A DNA stretch of 34,166 nt from Syntrophorhabdaceae bacterium (GTDB taxonomy: Bacteria; Desulfobacterota; Syntrophorhabdia; Syntrophorhabdales; Syntrophorhabdaceae). A model generated the notes under the pieces. The model worked only from the letters and a program-made list of their open reading frames with translations. It was not told the DNA's origin and ran no database searches. Of this stretch, positions 9,124 to 17,405 are shown piece by piece. The stretch lies in assembly GCA_026415015.1 (NCBI GenBank), contig JAOAHW010000209.1:1-34166 (forward strand), read 5' to 3'. Position 1 is the first letter of the stretch. The number at the start of each line of letters is the position of its first letter. The translations under genes were made by a program, and so were the position numbers.

Positions 9124-9477
9124 TCACCTTCTAAGACAATACACAGGGTCACGGTCATCATAGCCTTTAATTTCAATAAGGTTTCTCCTAATCAGCTCTT
9201 TGATATGATTAAACACTATGGACATCTCCAAATGGAGGGCCGTTGAAATATGGATTACTGTCTTTTCTCCCTCTGCAAGAGTTTTAAGTATCCTTGCCCT
9301 CTCCAATGCCGCCTCAAGGAGGGGGTTAAAGACAAGGTAGAATTGTCTCTCTGTGAACCTCTCTCCATAGACATTCCCGCCTATGAGTCTGTCTTTTTTT
9401 GATAACAGCCTTTCAATCCTTGCTGCACCATCAGGGTCATATATCTTTATAAAGTTTAGCTTATCTGTTATGTCCAT
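9124..9477 (-). CDS. Small hypothetical protein with a probable winged-helix (ArsR/MarR-like) C-terminal half
   Basis: 117 aa. The segment ARILKTLAEGEKTVIHISTALHLEMSIVFNHIKELIRRNLIEIKG has the helix-turn-helix-wing pattern. It is embedded between hdrB and hdrL. I recognise no family. Confidence 0.45.
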   Translation of the reverse strand: MDITDKLNFIKIYDPDGAARIERLLSKKDRLIGGNVYGERFTERQFYLVFNPLLEAALERARILKTLAEGEKTVIHISTALHLEMSIVFNHIKELIRRNLIEIKGYDDRDPVYCLRR

Positions 9478-9502
9478 CTGCCTTATCTATCTTCTTTTAG
9501 CC

Positions 9503-10366
9503 CTAAAGCTTTATCTTTTTGACCTTCGTAAGAAGGTTATCCACAGGTATAATGTGGGATTTACTGCCCCTTATAACACCGCTTATGGCCATCTCCAAAA
9601 CCTCTGTTATAAAAATTACAGGGATAGTTTCCTTTTTTCTACCCATAAGGGGCAATAGATCCAGATTTAACTGACACAATGGGCATGGCGTAACAATGGC
9701 ATCAGCACCTATCCTCAATGCCATATCCATAATCCCTGAAGAATGCCTTAAAGTGGCATCTTTATCTGTTATGGTCTTGCCTGCACCACAGCACTCCATC
9801 TTATATTGCCATGTGAGCACCGATGCCCCTGTAGCTGAGATTATATTATCCATACTCACAGGGTCTTCTGTATCATCAAATGGTCTTATCCTTTGAGACC
9901 TCGTAAGTACACAGCCGTAATAAGGTACAACCGTAATAGATGACAGGTCATATCTTATGCCTCCGGCAACCCTTTCTAAACCCACATGGTCAGTTATGAC
10001 CTCTATAATATTTTTTACCTCTATGGAGCCCAAACAACTCAACGGTGCTATGACATCATTGACCTCATCCATAAGGCTTCTATCAGTCCTCATCTTCTCG
10101 TTTGTAATCCTTAGTCTTTGATAACAGGCAGGGCATGGGCATATAAGGTGATAACCCTCTGCCTCGGCTATGGCAAGGTTTCTTGCTGGAAGGCTATGGC
10201 AGAGGAGGTCGTCTAATGCAATGGCAGCAGATGCACCGCAGCATGACCAGTCATCTATCTCTTTTAAATCAATGTCATAAAATGAGAGGACATCTTTGAT
10301 GGATGCCTCATAAAAGCTACTGGATGTCTTAAGAGAACAGCCTGGATAATATGAAAGCACAAACAT
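9503..10366 (-). CDS. hdrB: Heterodisulfide reductase subunit B-like (two CCG domains)
   Basis: 287 aa. YYPGCSL...WSCCGA...PCPACY, then YYGCVL...MECCGAG...PCPLCQ, which are duplicated CCG-domain cysteine motifs. Confidence 0.88.
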   Translation of the reverse strand: MFVLSYYPGCSLKTSSSFYEASIKDVLSFYDIDLKEIDDWSCCGASAAIALDDLLCHSLPARNLAIAEAEGYHLICPCPACYQRLRITNEKMRTDRSLMDEVNDVIAPLSCLGSIEVKNIIEVITDHVGLERVAGGIRYDLSSITVVPYYGCVLTRSQRIRPFDDTEDPVSMDNIISATGASVLTWQYKMECCGAGKTITDKDATLRHSSGIMDMALRIGADAIVTPCPLCQLNLDLLPLMGRKKETIPVIFITEVLEMAISGVIRGSKSHIIPVDNLLTKVKKIKL

Positions 10367-10369
10367 GAT

Positions 10370-10417
10370 GGCAGACTAAAGACTGTAGACTAAAGACTGT
10401 AGACAGATTATAAAGTC
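10370..10417 (-). repeat. Tandem heptamer array B (same motif family as array A) in the hdrC-hdrB gap
   Basis: Plus-strand units: GGCAGAC TAAAGAC TGTAGAC TAAAGAC TGTAGAC, then a degenerate unit and TAAAGTC. The array ends 3 nt from the hdrB ATG (10366). Confidence 0.85.
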
Positions 10418-10469
10418 TTGTTTTTTAGCCTGTTCTTTCAAATTAGACCCTCTATCATATGCCTCATTT

Positions 10470-10991
10470 TCATCTTCTTTTTATCCTTTCAAAGACCTCT
10501 TTGATATGTCTTTTATCCTTTACTCTATGGGGTAAGATACCCATCCTGCCTTTAAGCATCATGGTAATACCCATCTTTGCATCTTTGAAAAATTCCTTTT
10601 TTTGTAACTTGTAGTTGAGGATAGTGCCCAGCTCATACAATCTACCGTGGTGTCTTATGCTTTCAAGAAAGAGCCTATCAAACCCCCAGATACGGTCATC
10701 TGCTGTTACTCCTTCTTCTGATGCCACCTTTCTTAATGTCTCAAAAACACGGGCCACATCAATGTCATTAGGACAGCGGATACTGCATGTATTACACATA
10801 AGGCATTCCCATAATCCCTTTGAACTAAGCACCTTTTCCCTCTCCCCTAATTGGATATATCTCATAATCCTATGGGGATATATATCCATCCTCTCTGCCA
10901 CAGGACAGCCATTAGTGCATCTGTAACACTGGAAACAGGCAGATATCTGCTCTCTTGACCTCACTGTTATCTCTTTTAAAAAATTTGTCAT
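10470..10991 (-). CDS. hdrC: Heterodisulfide reductase subunit C-like (2x[4Fe-4S])
   Basis: 173 aa. CFQCYRCTNGCP and CLMCNTCSIRCP motifs with HdrC-typical spacing. Confidence 0.85.
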   Translation of the reverse strand: MTNFLKEITVRSREQISACFQCYRCTNGCPVAERMDIYPHRIMRYIQLGEREKVLSSKGLWECLMCNTCSIRCPNDIDVARVFETLRKVASEEGVTADDRIWGFDRLFLESIRHHGRLYELGTILNYKLQKKEFFKDAKMGITMMLKGRMGILPHRVKDKRHIKEVFERIKRR

Positions 10992-11021
10992 TTAAATGAA
11001 AACCTTTGTCTTTCTTTGAAG

Positions 11022-12929
11022 TTATTTTTGAAAAACCAATATATCTTCTATACCAATTTTTCCTTTATCAGCTTTTGAAAGACCATGTTCAATAACATCA
11101 ACTAATTTAAAACCTGCCATTTTTCCTAAATCGCTTAAAATAGCAGAGGTCTCTATTAATTCCTCTTTTCCATCGACGGCCCACATATGATATTTACTTA
11201 TAACCATCAAGTAATACTTATTTTTTTTCAAAACCCTATAACACTCTTCAAAGGAGAGTTTCATCATTTTTAAATAATTTTCAACTATATTTGATTTATA
11301 TTGCCTTCGTGATTTTTTTAATAAATTTATAAGTTCCAAACTTGAATTAGGGAGTTCAATAGAAAGATATTTGTCACAAACAAACAGTGGCAACTGTTCG
11401 TATGTGGTTTCTTCTCTATGTTTTGATTCATAAAATTTTTTTGTTGATTCCCATTTCAGATCTTCGTCTAAACCAAGGATAAGGATAGGTATCTTATTAT
11501 TTCCTATATAATCTAATGCATCGAAATAGGGTGGTGAGGTAAGGATACCATCTATAGAACCGTTCTTAATCATATACATATTTGTAGAATCACCCTTTAT
11601 TATATTTACTTTTGCACTACTAAAGTCCACTTTTAATATATCTGCCATTATTTTTGTAGCATACAAAATCAGATACCTATCTTCTACATATGATTTAAAG
11701 GAATTAATTATATCCCATGTTCTACTCTTTTCTGAAAATTCTACTATCTGTTGACTCAACAAAATCAATAAAAAATCCCTTATATCTTCATCTTTAATAA
11801 CTTCTATTTCTTTAAGCAAATTGGTTATTTTGGCAAGGTGAGGTTCAATCTTCCCATAAGCGCTTGAACCATTTGTATTTGATTTTATTTTATCCTTCAG
11901 TCTTATTAATTCATTTTTATTACTATCTGTTGAAAACCCTCTGTCTATAGACTCAAAAATCCTAATAATCTCTTCTCTTAATCTTTCTGTATTAATTCCA
12001 AGATTACACTTTACTTGCGCAATCATCTTTCCTATGCTTAAAATCTCAATACCTATTGAATTTATCCCCATAGTTGGCGCATCTGCAATAAAAGCCCCTG
12101 AACCCATGAAGGGGTCTAATATAACATCCCCTGAATTAACCCTGAGCAAGTTAATCAAGGCTCTTGAAATTCTTGGATCTCCTTTTCCTTTATATTTATG
12201 TAAGTAATGGAGAAAAGGCTTGCGTAGGTCAGTGGATGCCCAGTCTACAAAATCTCCTATATTATTCTTACCTAACCCAAAATGGGGGGACCGATAATGC
12301 CCTGCTTTAAGATGGTCAATTAATTCATTAATACCACTAAAAATACCCTTTTCTTTTTCTGAGAAATAAGACCTCCAGTTTTCATTGTTCTTTGGGCGAA
12401 AAACCGCAGCCGGAAGTTTTTTTACCTCTGTAGCGTATTCAAAAAAGGTATGGAATGGTAAAAATCGAATACACACAAGTTTTGTATCCTCTTTGGGTAT
12501 ATTTTTCAAAAAAATCTGGGTATAAGGATTAAAATCTATCTTATCTCCATTGATTTCTTTATTTGTAATTGCCAACCCTAATTTTTTGAGGAAAGATTTT
12601 ATCTCTGCAGTATTTTTTTGGATAAAGATTACATATATCTCTCTAAAAAAAGTGACCCTTTTGATAATGCTGACTATATCAATGGGCTGAATATTGGCTA
12701 AATATGCCTGGCCTTCACCTAAATATACCAATCTATTCATTAAATGTATTACTTCTTCATCAAGTAATGAAAATGGTATTTCTCTCATAAGAAAAGCAAT
12801 GGTCTTAACAAATCTGGTTTTAGTATTTAAAAGAGCATCTATTTCTCTCTGAGCAAAAAAGACTTCATCAGGATCCCTCAAATCAAATTTAATCTTTGCC
12901 AGAATTGTTACGTTGAGATTGTAAGACAT
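11022..12929 (-). CDS. Amino (N4-C or N6-A) DNA methyltransferase, atypical architecture
   Basis: 635 aa. Motif I VILDPFMGSGAF (aa 270-280, nt 12096-12116), motif II-like IGIEI, motif III-like IIKGDS, motif IV TSPPYFD (aa 464-470, nt 11526-11537). An RVLKKNKYYLMV segment lies downstream. The gene is AT-rich and sits next to a nuclease gene. Confidence 0.75.
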   Translation of the reverse strand: MSYNLNVTILAKIKFDLRDPDEVFFAQREIDALLNTKTRFVKTIAFLMREIPFSLLDEEVIHLMNRLVYLGEGQAYLANIQPIDIVSIIKRVTFFREIYVIFIQKNTAEIKSFLKKLGLAITNKEINGDKIDFNPYTQIFLKNIPKEDTKLVCIRFLPFHTFFEYATEVKKLPAAVFRPKNNENWRSYFSEKEKGIFSGINELIDHLKAGHYRSPHFGLGKNNIGDFVDWASTDLRKPFLHYLHKYKGKGDPRISRALINLLRVNSGDVILDPFMGSGAFIADAPTMGINSIGIEILSIGKMIAQVKCNLGINTERLREEIIRIFESIDRGFSTDSNKNELIRLKDKIKSNTNGSSAYGKIEPHLAKITNLLKEIEVIKDEDIRDFLLILLSQQIVEFSEKSRTWDIINSFKSYVEDRYLILYATKIMADILKVDFSSAKVNIIKGDSTNMYMIKNGSIDGILTSPPYFDALDYIGNNKIPILILGLDEDLKWESTKKFYESKHREETTYEQLPLFVCDKYLSIELPNSSLELINLLKKSRRQYKSNIVENYLKMMKLSFEECYRVLKKNKYYLMVISKYHMWAVDGKEELIETSAILSDLGKMAGFKLVDVIEHGLSKADKGKIGIEDILVFQK

Positions 12930-13019
12930 CTTATCACCTGTTATTCAATCAACTTTAAATAATTCACAAGGTTTAATCTTAAATTGAAGTTTTGTAGGGT
13001 CAGGGGTTCCTCCCTTCCT

Positions 13020-13775
13020 CTACATAGTAATTCTACCTATATATAGACTTCCTTTTGGTGATATCTTTACTTCACCTATCCCAAAAAAGTTCATAACTGT
13101 ATTAATATCCTTCAAAATCCACGTGGTAGTGAAATCATCTTTATTATATCTTGTGATAAGCATCCAGTTTGCAGAAAAACCACCTCTTCCTTTTAATATA
13201 TCTGATACCACAAGTATTTTATTTTTTTCAAAGAAGGCTATTACTTTATTTTTTAAACCCTCAGGTAATTCATCAATAAAAACTCTTCTATTGTCTCTCA
13301 AAGTAATATTTTTAAACATGTGAGAATGAACATTAGGATTTATCTCGCCTGTAAAAAGTTTAAGGGCAAAGCTTACATCTTCGTCAAATCTCCATATTTC
13401 TTTATATGTATCGACCCATCTTTTATCTACCTGATTATAATCTGCATCAGAATTTGCTTTTTTTAGTGAGATATTTTCAACCTTTATGATTCCAGCAAGC
13501 CTTACTGTAATCCTTATCTGGGCATCTGCCTTTTTGAACTTCATGAGATCTTCAAAGTCTTCTTCTAAACCTAAATTTATAACATCCTCTTTTTTCATTC
13601 TTGAAGGTATATGAATAGCCTCCACAGCATCTATCTTCCCTAAATTATAGCCCATAATCTTTAACCATAACTGTGCCTCTCTATCTTCTTTCCAATTATT
13701 GAACTTCCCACAAACTATCCTCTCATTAGCAAATCCACCCTTTGCTGTAGTAGAACCAATCTCAAAAGAAGCCAT
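13020..13775 (-). CDS. Type II restriction endonuclease, HinP1I/MspI-like (from recollection of those sequences, not a search)
   Basis: Start preferred at ATG 13775 (MASFEIGSTTAKGGFANE...NNWKEDREAQLWL). Putative catalytic segment is KKADAQIRITV...VENISLKK (D...x-K pattern). It lies 90 nt upstream of the methyltransferase and is AT-rich. Confidence 0.6.
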   Translation of the reverse strand: MASFEIGSTTAKGGFANERIVCGKFNNWKEDREAQLWLKIMGYNLGKIDAVEAIHIPSRMKKEDVINLGLEEDFEDLMKFKKADAQIRITVRLAGIIKVENISLKKANSDADYNQVDKRWVDTYKEIWRFDEDVSFALKLFTGEINPNVHSHMFKNITLRDNRRVFIDELPEGLKNKVIAFFEKNKILVVSDILKGRGGFSANWMLITRYNKDDFTTTWILKDINTVMNFFGIGEVKISPKGSLYIGRITM

Positions 13776-13777
13776 CC

Positions 13778-14518
13778 CTACATCAGCCCTCTCTCCTTCA
13801 GGCTGCAATAGGCATCTTTTTCAGGCATAATAATTTTACTCATTGTGCTTTTTGCAGTGTCTCTTCCTACTATTACATGGTCGAGGACCTCTATACCAAG
13901 GAGCCTGCCTGCATCTATCAAACGCCTTGTGATATTTATATCATCCTGAGATGGTTCAGGGTCACCTGAAGGGTGGTTGTGGGCAACTATTACAGATGAG
14001 GCGCATCGGGATATGGCCTCCTTGAAGACCTCCCGGGGATGGACAAGGCTTGCATTGAGTGTGCCTATGGAGATAGGGGTGATAGCCAGTACCTTATTAC
14101 GGGTATTCAGCGTAACAAGTACAAAGTGTTCCTTTTTTTTGTCCTTGATCTCGTGTCTTATAAGGTCTGCTACTGCCTTTGGATTGGTTATCTCAATATC
14201 ATTTATAGGATTATCTATTTCTATCTCTTTTCTTTTTGCAAGCTCAAAGCATGCCTTTAGCTGAATAGCCTTTGCTAAACCTATCCCCTTTATCTTTGAT
14301 AGCTCCTCGATGGTTGCCTCGCTGATTGCCTTTACACTACCAAAATTTGAAATGAGCTCCTGGGCAATCGTCATAACAGACCTTCCAGCAACACCCCTGC
14401 CTATGATTACTGTTAGAAGTTCCTGTATAGACAATGCCTCTGGGCCCAATCTCTGAAGCCTTTCACGGGGTCTCTCTGACCTGGGCATGTCAAGGACAGT
14501 ATAAGATTTATTTTTCAT
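13778..14518 (-). CDS. radC: RadC-like JAB-domain protein (UPF0758)
   Basis: 246 aa. HhH segment IKGIGLAKAIQLKA and JAMM motif HNHPSGDPEPSQDD. C-terminus is ...SLKERGLM. Confidence 0.9.
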   Translation of the reverse strand: MKNKSYTVLDMPRSERPRERLQRLGPEALSIQELLTVIIGRGVAGRSVMTIAQELISNFGSVKAISEATIEELSKIKGIGLAKAIQLKACFELAKRKEIEIDNPINDIEITNPKAVADLIRHEIKDKKKEHFVLVTLNTRNKVLAITPISIGTLNASLVHPREVFKEAISRCASSVIVAHNHPSGDPEPSQDDINITRRLIDAGRLLGIEVLDHVIVGRDTAKSTMSKIIMPEKDAYCSLKERGLM

Positions 14519-14563
14519 TCCCTCCCCCCAAGGGATATAAGACCTTCAAAAGAGACACCGAGG

Positions 14564-15718
14564 TTATTTAATCTCTTTTTTTATGGTGTCATATAGTGTT
14601 CTATATGGGATATTCATCTCCTCGGCAAGCCTCTTTACATCGTCGAATTCAATATGGATTTTTATATAATCCCCCTTTGAGTTGCTACCATATTTTACCC
14701 GAACAGGGCCAAATGATGTCTCTATCTTCTTTATCTCCCTTTTCAAGACCTCTCTTGAATCCCTCCTAAGCCTTATCCCAAAGGTGGTTGTCTCTGTAAA
14801 TATGGCATCCTTTATGTTTTCGAGGTGTTCGTCTCTTGCTATCACAGATAGTCTTATACCGAGCCTGCCTTTTTTCATATACACAGGAAAAAACAGACAG
14901 TCAATAGCGCCTGCCTCCCTTATCCTATCTGACACAGCACCTATATACTCCATATCCATATCATCTATATCTGTCTCTATAACCCAGACATCATCTCCTT
15001 GATGGATGTCATTAGATTCGCCTATGAATATCCTCAATATATCAGGTCTTGATGCCTTGTAAGTCCCTGCCCCGTAACCTGTTTTTTCTATAGACATGGA
15101 GGGTGGGGTATTTTTTCCCTTTACAAAGTGTTTCACGATAGCAGCACCTGTGGGTGTTGTAAGTTCTAAGGCCTCGTCGTAAAAAACCAGCTTCATACCT
15201 GATAAGATCTCAAGGGTAACAGGTGGTGGATTCGGTATAATGCCGTGGGATGTATTTATAGTGCCCCTGCCACAGGGGACTGGGCCACAGTATACCCTGT
15301 CTATACCCATATAGTTTATGCCTGCTGCAACACCTATGATGTCGATGAGTGTGTCTATGTTTGAGAGTTCATGGAAATGGAGCTCATCCTTTGATATACC
15401 GTGAATCTTTGATTCTGCATCCACAATAATATGGAGTATAGCCCTTGCATCTTCCTTTATCCCCTCGTCTAAATCTATATCTTCAATTACCTTCTCCATC
15501 TCCTGTATCGTGAGGTGGATATGGGACTGCTCTATATTCAGGTGCAGGCCCTCTATAATACCATGGGTTATCTTTTCAGGGGTTATCTCAGGCAAAGGAT
15601 AGGGCATTTTTTTTAGTGTCTTTATGAGTTCATCAAAGGGATAACCTGCATGGATGAGGGCAGCCAGCATCATATCTCCGCTTATCCCGAATATAGGGTC
15701 TATGTAGATTATCTTCAT
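14564..15718 (-). CDS. larC: LarC, nickel insertion protein for the NPN cofactor (DUF111)
   Basis: 384 aa. The N-terminus MKIIYIDPIFGISGDMMLAALIHAG is typical of LarC. It is a single uninterrupted ORF. Confidence 0.85.
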   Translation of the reverse strand: MKIIYIDPIFGISGDMMLAALIHAGYPFDELIKTLKKMPYPLPEITPEKITHGIIEGLHLNIEQSHIHLTIQEMEKVIEDIDLDEGIKEDARAILHIIVDAESKIHGISKDELHFHELSNIDTLIDIIGVAAGINYMGIDRVYCGPVPCGRGTINTSHGIIPNPPPVTLEILSGMKLVFYDEALELTTPTGAAIVKHFVKGKNTPPSMSIEKTGYGAGTYKASRPDILRIFIGESNDIHQGDDVWVIETDIDDMDMEYIGAVSDRIREAGAIDCLFFPVYMKKGRLGIRLSVIARDEHLENIKDAIFTETTTFGIRLRRDSREVLKREIKKIETSFGPVRVKYGSNSKGDYIKIHIEFDDVKRLAEEMNIPYRTLYDTIKKEIK

Positions 15719-15720
15719 AA

Positions 15721-16464
15721 TTATAGCCGATTTATAAGGGTTGCAAAGTAGGCAGCACCAAAACCATTATCTATATTAAAGACAGAGACAGTAGAGCATG
15801 AATTGAGCATGGCAAATAGTGCTGTCAAGCCACCGAGACTTGCACCATAACCAACACTTGTAGGGACACCTATTACAGGGACGCCAACAATGCCTGCAAT
15901 AACAGATGGCAGTGCACCCTCCATACCTGCCACTGCGATTATCACCCTTGCCTTTTTCAGTGTATCCATATTTCCAAAAAGCCTGTGTATGCCTGCTACG
16001 CCCACATCATAGAGCCTCTCTGTCCTGTTGCCAAAAAACACAGAGGTTATATATGCCTCCTCTGCCACAGGTATATCGCTTGTCCCTGCAGAGACCACAA
16101 GGACAGTCCCCTTACCTGTAATAGTTTTATCTTCTTTTATATAGAGGCACCCTGCCCTCTCATTATATACAGCAGCAGGGAATCTCTTGCACAGGCTTTT
16201 ACCTATTTTATTTTCAAGACGGGTTATCAGGACATCCTGTTTTTTTTCTATCATGGCATCTATAATATCTGTAAGCTCGCCTAAGGTCTTGCCTTTACCG
16301 AATACAACCTCCTGCAGACCCTTGCGTAATGACCTGTGGTAGTCAAGTTTTGTATGATTTAGGTCTTTAAACGGCAAATCTTTTAGCCTCTCAAGGGCCT
16401 CTTCAGGGGATGTAATGCCATCTCTTACTGCTTTTAGGAGGTTTTTTATGTCTGTCTCTTTCAT
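15721..16464 (-). CDS. larB: LarB, nicotinic acid adenine dinucleotide carboxylase/hydrolase (PurE-like)
   Basis: 247 aa. GLQEVVFGKGKT, VVSAGTSDIPVAEEA and VAGMEGALPSV motifs. Confidence 0.85.
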   Translation of the reverse strand: MKETDIKNLLKAVRDGITSPEEALERLKDLPFKDLNHTKLDYHRSLRKGLQEVVFGKGKTLGELTDIIDAMIEKKQDVLITRLENKIGKSLCKRFPAAVYNERAGCLYIKEDKTITGKGTVLVVSAGTSDIPVAEEAYITSVFFGNRTERLYDVGVAGIHRLFGNMDTLKKARVIIAVAGMEGALPSVIAGIVGVPVIGVPTSVGYGASLGGLTALFAMLNSCSTVSVFNIDNGFGAAYFATLINRL

Positions 16465-16477
16465 ATCTCTACCAAAG

Positions 16478-16831
16478 TCATTCTACTGCAAAGGCGTTTT
16501 TAACAATCTTAACACCATCACTGCCTATGCCTACTACATCAAACCTTGCCTTTTTATTAGAACCCCTGTTTTCTTTTAGGTAAAACTGGGCTGACCTTAT
16601 CATGTGTCTTTTCTTTATCTCATTTATAGAATGGAGGGGGCCTCCAAATCTCTGACTATTTCTCTTTTTGACCTCTACAAAAACAATATAGCCTCCCTCT
16701 TCTGCTATGATATCTATCTCACCAAAGGGGCTGGTGTAGTTCCTCTCTAATATCCTGTATCCCTCAGCCTTGAGGATCTTGACAGCCCTCTCCTCTCCCT
16801 CTTTGCCCTCTTTTCTCTTACCATCTATCAA
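16478..16831 (-). CDS. yraN: YraN family (UPF0102) endonuclease-like protein
   Basis: 117 aa. GEERAVKILKAEGYRILERNY...GEIDIIA...VFVEVKKR. Confidence 0.85.
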   Translation of the reverse strand: MIDGKRKEGKEGEERAVKILKAEGYRILERNYTSPFGEIDIIAEEGGYIVFVEVKKRNSQRFGGPLHSINEIKKRHMIRSAQFYLKENRGSNKKARFDVVGIGSDGVKIVKNAFAVE

Positions 16832-17405
16832 GATATTCCCTCACGCCCTTAAATGTCTTTCTGTGGATTGGAGATATACCGTGTTTTTCTATAGCCAGCC
16901 TGTGGTCTTTTGTGGGGTAGCCCTTATTTTTTTTAAAGTTATATACAGGATAAAGGGTGTGATATGCATCCATAATCCTGTCTCTTGTAACCTTTGCGAT
17001 TATAGATGCACAGGCTATGAAGAAGCACTTTCTGTCACCTTTTATGATGGTCTTTCCATGAGGAAAACCATATACACCATGATTTCCATCAATGAGGAGT
17101 AAGTCAGGATTAATGCGGGTATTTTTGATGGCCCTCTCCATGGATAGGAGGGATGCCTTTAGTATATTGACCTTTTCTATCTCTTCATGGTCTGCTATGC
17201 CTACACCAATACTATATGCATTTTCTATAATCCACTTAAAAAGCCCTTCCCTTTGTGTCTCTGATAAAAGCTTTGAATCTCTGATATCTCCCTTATAAAC
17301 AGGGATATCTTTCCATATGACACATGAGGATACAACAGGGCCTGCCAGGGGTCCCCTGCCTGCCTCATCTATACCGGCTACAAGACCCTTAATCTGGCAA
17401 TGCAT
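16818..17405 (-). CDS. rnhB: Ribonuclease HII
   Basis: 195 aa. GIDEAGRGPLAGPVV and ...DSKLLS... motifs. Confidence 0.92.
   Translation of the reverse strand: MHCQIKGLVAGIDEAGRGPLAGPVVSSCVIWKDIPVYKGDIRDSKLLSETQREGLFKWIIENAYSIGVGIADHEEIEKVNILKASLLSMERAIKNTRINPDLLLIDGNHGVYGFPHGKTIIKGDRKCFFIACASIIAKVTRDRIMDAYHTLYPVYNFKKNKGYPTKDHRLAIEKHGISPIHRKTFKGVREYLDRW

Noticed and set aside
10992-11110. Search for a sigma70 promoter for hdrC within the 3' end of the methyltransferase gene
   Set aside because: I found only weak hexamer combinations, with poor -35 boxes or wrong spacing. No promoter is claimed, so the transcription start of the hdr operon remains open.
12930-13019. Hairpin (GGGAGGAACCCCUGACCC) after the nuclease stop, as a possible terminator between R and M
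   Set aside because: The stem is bulged and short and no U-tract follows it. R and M are more likely co-transcribed.
13776-13808. TTG-initiated extension of the nuclease ORF that overlaps radC by 31 nt
   Set aside because: ATG 13775 gives an N-terminus (MASFEIGSTTAKGGF) that matches my recollection of HinP1I-type enzymes, and it avoids the long overlap.
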